DNA of 20,000 bases from contig JAMDHS010000040.1 in assembly GCA_029717555.1 (NCBI GenBank), positions 172,400-192,399 on the forward strand, written 5' to 3'. Under the pieces are notes generated by a model. The model was not told the DNA's origin, did not search any database, and saw only the letters and a list, made by a program, of their open reading frames with translations. Source of the DNA: Peribolospora baueri (Eukaryota). Positions 10,205 to 19,314 of the stretch are shown piece after piece (positions within the stretch are counted from its first letter, which is position 1; every line of letters starts with the position of its first letter). The position numbers and the translations under genes are program-made.

Positions 10205-12253
10205 ATGGCCCCCTCCACGGCCGCCTCCTCGCCGCCCCTCCAGCCCGCGCCAGGGCAGAAGCAAGCGTCCAAGCCCAAGTCCACGATGGCTGACGCTCCA
10301 CTTCCTCAAAGAAAACCGCTTTCTTCTCGACCCAACTCGGTCATCGGCCTCCTTCGCCTCCCCCTCCCCAAGCGCATTCGTTCCTTCTCCTCTTCCTCCT
10401 CCGTTCGCTCCGCCAGCCTTCGCGACTCGCCCTTCTCCCCCGCTCTCTCCGGGCCCCTCAGCGCACCGATCCTCGACAAGGAGGAGGACCCCATGCTTCG
10501 TCCCACCCCGCCGCCGCCGCCGCCCATCGCCCCATCACCAGACCAACGGCGGGCAACCGACGGCGCCAGAACGGCCGTCTCCTTTGTCGTGACCTCCAAG
10601 CGGTCTTCCTACCTCGGACCCGCCGCCCGCGCTCCTCCGGCTTGCGCTGATGGTAGCAAGGCCTCAGCGACCCCGCCCGTCGACATGGCCGCCGCCAAGT
10701 CCACGTTCGCCGACACGCTCTCCACTTCGCCCGACTCCTGCTCCCCCGTCCTCAGCGATCCCACCTGTGAGAGCCAGACGACCATCACCAAAACGCTCGT
10801 CGGTCAGCGCCACCGCGACCGCGGCCGAGACTCGGCTCTCTCCTCCTCCGCCGCCTCCTCCTCTTCCGCCTTTTCCCTCCCCCTCACCGACCGCTCCACT
10901 TCGCTCACCCGTTCCCGTTCCAACTCGCGTTCTTTGTCCGGCGCCGGAAGCACGATGAAAGGAACGCAGGAGAGCGACTGGACCGGCTCTTGGTCCAGCT
11001 TGGAGGAGGCCGCTGCGACGGCTACGGTGGCCATCGGCGCGGCGACGTCGCCGCTCAAGGGGCACGATGACGACGGCCCAGGTCACCTCGCCGGTGTCGT
11101 CCCGGCGAACGCCGCGGGGAAGGCGGCTTGGCGGCATGCGCCTTCTCCCTCGTCTGCGTCCACCTTATCCGCCGCCACCGTCGCAACGACAACAACAACA
11201 ACAACAACGACGACGATGACGATGCCGCCGCCGCTCCTCTCCGCCGCTTTCCTTACTCCCACGCCCTCCGCCGAACCGTCGCCTTCCCCTTTCTTTACCC
11301 CTCTACCCTCCGCCACGCCCTTGCTCGCTCCCTTTCCCCTATCCCAGCCTATCGATCCACATAACGATGGCGAGGCCGGTGGCGGTCACGCTCACCCGCC
11401 CGTCCTCGTCGATGGACGACAAGGGCGGTGTGCGCAAGAGCGAGAGGCGGCCGGCGACGATGACGTCGGCACGTCTCTTCCAGCTTCTCTTACCACCACC
11501 CACTCCGCATCCCACCCTTCCTTTCCCTCCTCCTCGTCTACCTCCCATTCCTCTTCCGACCGCGCCCCCACCCTCCTCCGCACCGTCTCCCTCGACGCTG
11601 TCCTCCTTCCTCTCCCTCCAACAAGCAAGAACGAGATATTGGATCTTGCCGACCCACCGCCGCCGCCGCCGAATACGTCCTCTCCGTCGTCGTCGGCCGT
11701 GGCCGTGCCTCGCTTGGAGGAGGCTGACGGGAAGGGAAAGATGGAGATTGATGGTCGGATGAATGGGTCGGCGGCGAGGCCGGTTCTTGGCGTTGGAGTT
11801 GAAGAGACGATGGCGGCGGCGGCGGCGAAGCGGGTTCTGGGCGTCGGAGCTGAAGCGACGTCGACGACGACGACGACGACGGAGAAGGAAGCGGCCGCCG
11901 ACTCGGGCCCGCGAGACGACGCGCTCGGGCTCCTCGGTTCTCCTCTCCAACACCCTTTCGTCCTCGCCCCTTCCCGTCCCCCCGTCTCTCCTCCTCACCA
12001 CCTCTCCGCCGCTCGAACCTTGTCCTCCCTGACCCTCGCGTCCACCTCGCCAGACCACCCCGTCGCATCTCCGCCGGAACCTGCCGCCCACGACGCCGCC
12101 CTCTGCGACGCATCGTGCCTCTGTCTCGGTTGTTTGCGCACCAGCGTAGCTCCGCTCGAGGCTTTGGAGAGGTGGAGCGTAAAGGTCGTCGTCGACGCTG
12201 AGAGGGAGCGCCAGGTGGAGGTGGTCGCGGTCGCGGTGGCGGCGGACATCTGA
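10205..12253 (+). CDS. Hypothetical S/P/T/A-rich, probably disordered protein (682 aa) with a C-terminal Cys cluster
   Basis: 2049-nt open frame with good start context (GCCATGG), in-frame trinucleotide runs (poly-T, poly-P, poly-A) and a pyrimidine-rich 3' flank. No recognisable domain. Confidence 0.6.
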   Translation: MAPSTAASSPPLQPAPGQKQASKPKSTMADAPLPQRKPLSSRPNSVIGLLRLPLPKRIRSFSSSSSVRSASLRDSPFSPALSGPLSAPILDKEEDPMLRPTPPPPPPIAPSPDQRRATDGARTAVSFVVTSKRSSYLGPAARAPPACADGSKASATPPVDMAAAKSTFADTLSTSPDSCSPVLSDPTCESQTTITKTLVGQRHRDRGRDSALSSSAASSSSAFSLPLTDRSTSLTRSRSNSRSLSGAGSTMKGTQESDWTGSWSSLEEAAATATVAIGAATSPLKGHDDDGPGHLAGVVPANAAGKAAWRHAPSPSSASTLSAATVATTTTTTTTTTMTMPPPLLSAAFLTPTPSAEPSPSPFFTPLPSATPLLAPFPLSQPIDPHNDGEAGGGHAHPPVLVDGRQGRCAQEREAAGDDDVGTSLPASLTTTHSASHPSFPSSSSTSHSSSDRAPTLLRTVSLDAVLLPLPPTSKNEILDLADPPPPPPNTSSPSSSAVAVPRLEEADGKGKMEIDGRMNGSAARPVLGVGVEETMAAAAAKRVLGVGAEATSTTTTTTEKEAAADSGPRDDALGLLGSPLQHPFVLAPSRPPVSPPHHLSAARTLSSLTLASTSPDHPVASPPEPAAHDAALCDASCLCLGCLRTSVAPLEALERWSVKVVVDAERERQVEVVAVAVAADI

Positions 12254-12754
12254 ATGAATCCGACATGGACATTTTTTCTGCAGTCTCTCCTCCTACTTCT
12301 TCTTCTTGCTCCGCTCGCTTTCTCCCTTCCTTTCTCTCTCCGGTATCGACGTAACGGTGTATCACCACGGCTGGTTCGGTTCGGTTCGTCTCTCTTCGTC
12401 ACCGTCGTCTCTTTCTTTCTTCCTTTCTTCTTGTCTTCTCTTGTCCACCGCTTCACGCCATACTCGTCTTCGTCTTCGTCTTCCCGCCGCGTCTCCCCCC
12501 TTGTGTCCCCCCTTGGCCCTTGTGTTTGTCTGTCTGTCCACGTTGAAACTCTGCCCTAAGATGCGTTCGAGCCGGACAACGGCTCGCGTCCTTTTCTCCT
12601 TTCTTTCTTCTCTTTCCGGCCCGTCCGCCTGCTCTCGTCTACGTTGTTGCCCCTCCCCTCTCCCCTCTCTCTCTCGCTCTTTACCGTATCCACTCGTTCT
12701 CGCTCCCTTGCTCGCCGTATCAGATACGGATACCGCACACGAGAATCGGAATTC

Positions 12755-13169
12755 GTCTGATGAGCGTGCATTCCAGCACCTTATTTAACCTCGCGGTCGC
12801 GTTCGCATTCATACCGCATCGTCAGCCAGTTCTGCTTAACCGAAAATGGCCCCACTAGAAACTCTCATCACGTCCAATCAAGTGACAAGAGCTTCTTGCA
12901 CACTTATAAACTTTGAAAATAGGTTAAGATTCGTTTCAACCCGAGGCTCGCTTTACCTCATAAATCTGATGCGAGTTTTCTGCTATCCTGGGGGAAAACT
13001 TTGCGCAGGAAACCAGCTACTAGATGATTCGATTAGTTCTTTTCGCCCCTATATACCCAAATTTTGACGATCGATTTGTACGTCAGATATCGCTACGAGG
13101 TCTCCACCAGAGTTTTCCTCTGGCCTTCGTTCGCCCTATTCAGGCATAGTTGGTGCACCATCTTTCGGG
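12755..13169 (-). pseudogene. Degenerate internal fragment of LSU (25S/28S) rRNA gene, domain II region
   Basis: The + strand follows the reverse complement of fungal LSU colinearly: GTCTGATGAGCGTG.ATTCC.GCACC, CCAGTTCTGCTTA, TCGCTTTACCTCATAAA, a degenerate LR5 primer site (TCCTGAGGGAAACTTCG; here tcctgggggaaaactttg at 12986), ACCAGCTACTAGATG.TTCGATTAG, CCCTATTCAGGCATAGTT, CACCATCTTTCGGG. It has many indels and no flanking rDNA. Confidence 0.92.
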
Positions 13170-13482
13170 GGATTTTTTTTCCGAGCCGTCCTATTGTACA
13201 CCCCACCCGGTCGGGTCACGTCGGGTCGCGTGCGTGTCGGCGCTTACTTTATCGCTAAACAAACGTCAGGCCAGGCTGGCGGAGCGAAGAAGAAGCGCCG
13301 ACACCCACCCACGCCGCCCGACGGACGAATAGGGCATGGCGGACACGACACACCAGCACTCGATGGAAACCCAGTCTTGTACTAGAGCGTGTGTAGGCGG
13401 GCAGGCAAGCAAGAAAGGAAGGCAGTCGTCTCGTCTCGTACGTACGTGCCGACCACCCGCCCCGTCCCTCCGCCGCCGCCAT

Positions 13483-16112
13483 TCAACCCGTACCCGCCGA
13501 CTCGGCACCGGCCTCCTCCACCCTCTGTTTCTCCTTCTTCGCCGCCGCCGCTGTTATCCGCTCGATCTCCGCTCTCTCCTCTTCCGCGCTCATTGCCGCA
13601 GGCCGAGGTCGGCTCTGCTGCTGCGCCGGTTTGGCATGCGCAGGCCGAGGCCGAGGCGGACGGTTATGCTGCTGCTGTTGCTGTTGTAGAGACGGGCGCT
13701 GCGGGACCGAGTGCCAAGGTTGGTAGGGCCGATACTGGTGTTCGTGTTCCCGTCCGGCCAAAGGTCGCGACTTGCCTGACCTTGACGACGAGCTCCGGTC
13801 GGTCGCTGGCGGCGGCCGAACATAGGACCGGGCGCCGAGGTCTGTACCGGTGAGGGAAGCACCGACGTCAGAGACGTCTGGAGGCGCCGGGTTGATCTTG
13901 TTAGGGATGTCGAGCAGCGCGCACAACGCTTCCGTCTGTGGGTTCGTGTACCATGGCGCTGGTGACCGTCGTGTGGGAAAGAAGAGAACGTGGCAACAAA
14001 GCACGTTGAGCAGCGGATCAGGTGGGACGGGAACAGATGGAAGCCAGGTAGGAGTCACTCACGCATCCTCGTTTCCCTTCCGCCCGGGTCGACCGGAGAT
14101 GGCGCCGTCCTGTGAAACGTCTGCGTCCTCAGAACGTCGAGCGGGTGAGAGTGCGCGGTCGTCAAGCCTTCCCTCTCATCTCCACCGCTTTCGCCGCCAC
14201 TTTGCTCCTTCGACAAACGCTCTTTGATCCATCCCATCTCCTTCTCCACCATTTTGCGCAACTCTGCAGAGTCCGGTTGAGGGAAAGGAACGGTTGGGCG
14301 GTGCGAGAGGGGCAGGTAGGGGTGAAGTGCGCGCGTGATGGCGAGCCATCGAGGCGAAAAGCGAAAAATGGGAGGAGAGCTAGATTCGGGTGCGGGTATG
14401 TCGACGATCTGTGGGCATGGAACAAGGAGTGAAACGCGCCTTTCAGCGGCCGCCGGAGTACGTAGGTGAACGAGGGAGGACCAAAAAGCACGAGTGCCGT
14501 TGCCCACCTCTAGGAAGCCACCTTTGGGGGTGCACTTGCTTAATGCCAGAAAACTTGTCGTCCTAGCAGAAGCCAAAGGGGCTTCTGCCGCCGGCTCGGC
14601 AGATGGACCCAAATCCACTTCTGTGGCAGCCGTCTCCTCCGTCATACGGCTTGTGTCATCCGCCGCCGCGGTCTCGTCATCCTCGTCCACATCAATGTCG
14701 ATCGCATCGGGATTCGTAGACGGGGCCATGTCGACCATCACGTCGTCGTCATCAATGACAATCTCTTCCGGGTTTGCAGACTGCGGCGCCTCCTCAGCTT
14801 GCGCAAACGGAATTCCTGACACTGATCCCCAATCGCCTGCCATCTTCGAAGAGCTATCGTGCCGATATAAGGCGGGGAATCTGACGTGCAGGTGCGCAGC
14901 GAACCAGTGCGAAGGCTTCAAGGTCTGGAGGAGGTCCAGAAGCGGAGGGGAGCCAAGGGTGCCTGTGTTGACCTGTTACGTACAGGGAATGAGCGGAAAG
15001 AAACATGAGATACTGCAGAGACAACTGAATGGCTCAATGGGAGCACACCTCCTCCGTAAAGAACCGCTTCTTGCTCAGAAGAGCTCGCAGGTCGCCGTGC
15101 TGCTCGATCGTGTTGGGCCAGTCGTGAGAGAGGAAGATGTCCGGGTTCTCGTCGAGCTAAGCATCGAAAAGGAAATATGGGAGATTGAACGGGTGTACCC
15201 TGTGAAAAGGAAAAGAAGCGTCTCCGGCTTACCATCATCAGCTTGAGAATATCATACCTTCGGACATGGTAGATGCTCCGCATGTCGCCAGCAGAATACG
15301 GCATCCTCTCGAAATGACCTGTCGTGGGCGGCGGGAAAACCAGGTCAGACAACCCAATCCCCCAACCTATCCGTGAGCTCTCTTTGGTTAAAATGGCGAA
15401 GGCGGATGAGTCATTCACCGAGATTGTAATCGTGGGATTTGTAGATGCCTGACGCCCCGGCAATGGTCAGGCCATTCACTTCGACCGCACCCGCAAAACC
15501 GAGAAAATAGATGTTCGGTGCTAGCCAACCTCCGTGATACCTGAACAGAAAGGGATAGATGCGAAGCCTGATAAATGTTTGGTAAATCAAGCGCGAAAAG
15601 CTCGCATCCAGTGCAGGGACAGAAACACGTCGGCTCGACTACTCACAGCTCCCACATGTAATTACTCGCCTCATGATTGCCTCCGATGACGATCGTGAGC
15701 ATGGGAGCCACCCTCTCTCCGGAGTAGTACTTGTGAAAGCCGCCCAATCGACGATATTTTTGAGGCACGGCCAAGCAGTTCAGATCGGCTGCATTTCGGA
15801 TCGCCTGGAAGGGAGGACGAAAAATCCAAAGGTCAAAGATCAAGAGATCCCCCGCTTCGCTTTGGATGTGGTCATCTTGAGGACGTGCAATGATGCGCAC
15901 CTGAAAGTCTCCGCATATGAGCAGCAAGTCCACCTTGTACCCTCCCTTCTCCTCTGCCTGTCGGACGGAGTCGTAGATGGTGTCGAGCTCGCCGTGGCAG
16001 CACCCTTCGACTGCGATCTGTTCGGACGGCGTTCGACGAAGGTAGCACGAACGCACAATTTGAGCACAGAAGGTCTCAAACGTACGTATCTCTGGACGGC
16101 TCACACCTTCAT
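13483..16112 (-). CDS. DBR1: RNA lariat debranching enzyme, ~627 aa; exons 16112-16107, 16017-15901, 15804-15647, 15540-15419, 15318-15233, 15156-15049, 14972-14508, 14408-14063, 13958-13483
   Basis: Spliced product contains [76 protein letters not shown] and the C-terminal [13 protein letters not shown]. All introns are GT..AG and the frame sums to 1884 nt. Confidence 0.95.
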
Positions 16113-16415
16113 CGTAACTCTGTTTTGGGACGAGGCGAGAAGAGAAGGCGTTCATTGGCAAGGGCTCCGGTTTGGAGAAAGAGAAGACACATCGCCTCGT
16201 CTGCACGTGATCGACTTGATATCGACTACGATCGGCGGCCGGCGTCGTCGTCTTCGTCTTCTCGTGCGACATGGAGACGCTCGCAAAACACACAGTCCCC
16301 CTCTTTTGTCCTCCCCCTTCACAGCCACGCCATGTTTACTACTGTCAACCCGTCTCCGACCTTATATACGGCACGCGCGCTCTCCAAGCGCCCAGCAGCT
16401 GCTTCGCCCCCCTCG
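16113..16415. promoter_or_regulatory. Probable compact bidirectional promoter shared by DBR1 and MED4
   Basis: Divergent start codons lie ~300 bp apart (~220 bp if MED4 uses ATG 16332). Positional inference only. Confidence 0.55.
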
Positions 16416-17532
16416 ATGCGAGACGAGCTGCTGACGACTCTCACCGCCTACCAGTCGCTGACGCAGTCCCTCTTCGCTTCCCTCGAATCCGCCGCTTCCA
16501 CATCCCGAGGAGTCCCTCCACGTCCACCTCCCTCCATCCTTGCCGAGATATCCTCACTGGACGAGAAGCTGGCGGCCCTCCTGGAGAAGGCGAGACGTCA
16601 CGCGAGCAACCAGCGTAGGATCACCGCACTCTTGCGAGAGATCGACGAGGCCGATGAGAAGGCTTTGGAGGCGATGACGGTGTTGGAGAAGGCGGGGCGC
16701 GAGTTGGATGGCATCGTAGCCTACGGAAGAGAGGAGATTGATATGATGAAAAAGGCTGAGAAAGGTGAGGCGCGCTCGTCTTCTTTTTTGTCCACACAAA
16801 GGACGAGATGAGTCTTCTGGCAGAGCATCCTCCGCTTTTCGCCGTCGTCTTTGTCTGCACACACAGTCCTTGACCGGCTTGTTCATCGCACCTTATCGTA
16901 TCTTTTACCTCATTCCCCCCTTCGCTCATCTCGTCCACGACCAACCAAATCGAAGCGGCCATCACGCCCGCCACACTGCTCTCTTATGCCGCTCGCCTCG
17001 GCAAGTTCACCTCCGCACCACCAGGCTACATCCTCCCGTCCCGCCTGGCTGCACAGACCAGACGCGCACAAGTCGAGGCCGAGGCGCAGACCGAAGCCGG
17101 CGCCGCGTCTCAGCCTCAACGCACCTTGGGGGAGCCGGGGCAGGACCAGCCCCACGCCCCCATGGCCACTATACCGCCGTGGCCGACAGAGGATATGATG
17201 AGGAGGGGAGCATTGAGCGCCGGTGTGGTCAATATGATGGAGATGGTCGTGGGTCAGTGGTCTCCTGTCCCTTCTTTGTCTCTCTTCTGGACCTTACTCG
17301 TCTATTCGAACCGGCCTGACCCTCGTTTCGTGCATTCTTCATTCTTCGCCTACCACATCTACCTCGCCCAGAACCGCCTGCGGAACAAGCACAACAACCC
17401 GCGCAACCGCCGCCGGCGCAAGCGTTCCCCATCACAACGGCCCACGCCGCCCCGGCTTTCGAAGAGGCGTGGCCGCCTGCTGGAGACGACGAGGATATGT
17501 TCGGGCTAGATTTGAACCCGGACAACGACTGA
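16416..17532 (+). CDS. MED4: Mediator of RNA Pol II transcription subunit 4, ~268 aa; exons 16416-16764, 16956-17252, 17372-17532 (in-frame upstream ATG at 16332 possible)
   Basis: Coiled-coil-like N-terminal half, then Med4 motifs LLSYAARLGKFTSAPP and PPWPTEDMMRRGAL, ending in the fungal-type DDEDMFGLDLNPDND*. Spliced frame is 807 nt. Confidence 0.88.
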
Positions 17533-17809
17533 GGGTATTCTGGCGCAAAGCTTGATCTGCATAGATACCGTCGGCGAGACGCTCAGACCGTTTGTAATGC
17601 AGCGGGAAGTAGAGGTCAAAGCCTCGCTATCCGCAACGATCGCGGCTGTTTGATTGAGTGTCTACGCTTGGCGTAAAGATGATCACGCGTGCACGAGAGA
17701 GAAAAGCCGAAGAAGTTTACTGATGCAATTGCAAACAGACCCCGGAAAGAGAGTGGGGGTAGGCGAGCGACGCGAGAGAAAGGGTAAGGGACATCACAGA
17801 GCGAATCTA

Positions 17810-18787
17810 TCACACCCATCGCTTGCCGTAAGACCAAATGCCGGCAGCACTGCCGACCAGTAGCGATGACACGATCATGGGTCGAACGCCGGCTGGAATG
17901 CGAGTAGTAAGGAAAGAGGTGAGATACTTGGCTGGTCACAAGCGCATGACGATGTAGAACCATGTGCGAACACGAAACGAGACTCACAAGTGCATCTGAA
18001 CAAAGCGCCGCTCACGGTGCCAGCGGTGATGCTGTTCAACGCATCGTGCTTGCCTCGCGCGGCGTCCATGGACGAGTTGATGACGTTGTAGAACAGTGCT
18101 GACAAGAAGAAACCACGCGGAGAGGAAGCACACTTCTATCAGCGGGCAAGCGACTCAATGGTCGGGAAGATGAGAAAGAGGCGGTGGCAAACCGGTAACT
18201 CACCGAGTAAGCCCGCAGAGTTGCCGATAAACGTTCCTCGGCGCGTGACGCTGTTGAGGATGCTGTTGATGCGCAGACGGGCATTGGATACGCCGAGCTG
18301 TCTTCGCCATCCTTCGCGAAGGCCCATCAAGCCACCGATAGAGAGGCCTGGTGTGGAAAATGAGGAAAGTGAGTGCGATGGAAGGTGATGCGAGATAGCA
18401 CATGAAATAATCCAGGACAGAACGTGACGTACCCGACAAGTACGTCGTTCCGGTGCCATAGCACAGATCATCTCCCCATCCCCTGCTCGGCAGCGCCGTC
18501 CGGGCACCCTCGAGCTCATTCGGCTGGTCCTCGTCCAGAAGCAAGTAATCCACGTTCCCGAGCCCTGCTAGAGGGTGCAGACGGGTAGGGTCCAATGCGG
18601 CAGCACCAAGGACGTCCGAGGCAGTGACAGCATCGGTAGGGGTAGCGTAGGAGCCGGGAGAAGAGCCCGGAGTGCTGAACTGTGCGTTACGGAGGAACGA
18701 AGCCGAGTCGACGTCTTGCTGCGAGGACACCGGGTGGCTTTGGCTACCTGGTTGTGAGGAAGAAGAGCTGGGGTCGGAGAACGACAT
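17810..18787 (-). CDS. TIM23: Mitochondrial inner membrane translocase subunit Tim23, 230 aa; exons 18787-18433, 18347-18204, 18098-17988, 17892-17810
   Basis: Motifs LHPLAGL, LPSRGWGDDLCYGTGTTYLSGL, RLRINSILNSVTRRGTFIGNSAG, RGKHDALNSITAG and GALFRCTSGVRP. GT..AG introns give a 693-nt frame. Confidence 0.96.
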
Positions 18788-19223
18788 GACGACAGAGTAT
18801 GAAGGTAACGGAAGCGTGTATATGGAGAAAGAAGGGGTGGGTGAGGGAAACGAGGGTGGCGAGAAGGCGATCGCCGTGCCTTTTTTCAGATGGTGATGGC
18901 GATGAAGAGGCGACCTTCGACCGAAGCCGGGAAGGAACGCAGGGAAAATCCGATAGGTGCACGTGACACTTGCTGCGGTGAGTCAGTCAGTCAGTCAGCC
19001 AGCCTGCCTCTTATTAGCCTTCCTCCTCCCACCCACCTCGGACGATTGCGTACGACTGCTTGAAAGGCTTTCTTCATGCATTAACCACTTCCTCAGCCGT
19101 CCTGATCTGCTGACGATGTCACTCCGGGGGATGGTCCCCGCCCCGGACCAGTTTCGTCTCAACGCGGCGTCTCAGCTTTGCCTTTTGTTGGATTTAACTA
19201 TTCTCTTCAACTACCTGGGAACA

Positions 19224-19229
19224 TATAAA
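19224..19229 (+). promoter_or_regulatory. TATA box of the secreted repeat protein gene
   Basis: TATAAA(G) ~90 nt upstream of ATG 19315, followed by a CT-rich leader. Confidence 0.6.
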
Positions 19230-19314
19230 GGACTCAGGAGCGCTGCTTCGTCCTTTCTTGACTGCACGCTCACTCATTCCCACCATCCTTCTCCCCTTTC
19301 CCCCCTTCCTCATC

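Noticed and set aside
12755..13169. Functional rRNA gene, or small protein ORFs 12846-13067 and 13064-13258
   Set aside because: Only a short internal LSU piece with indels in conserved helices; the ORFs are incidental to its antisense strand.
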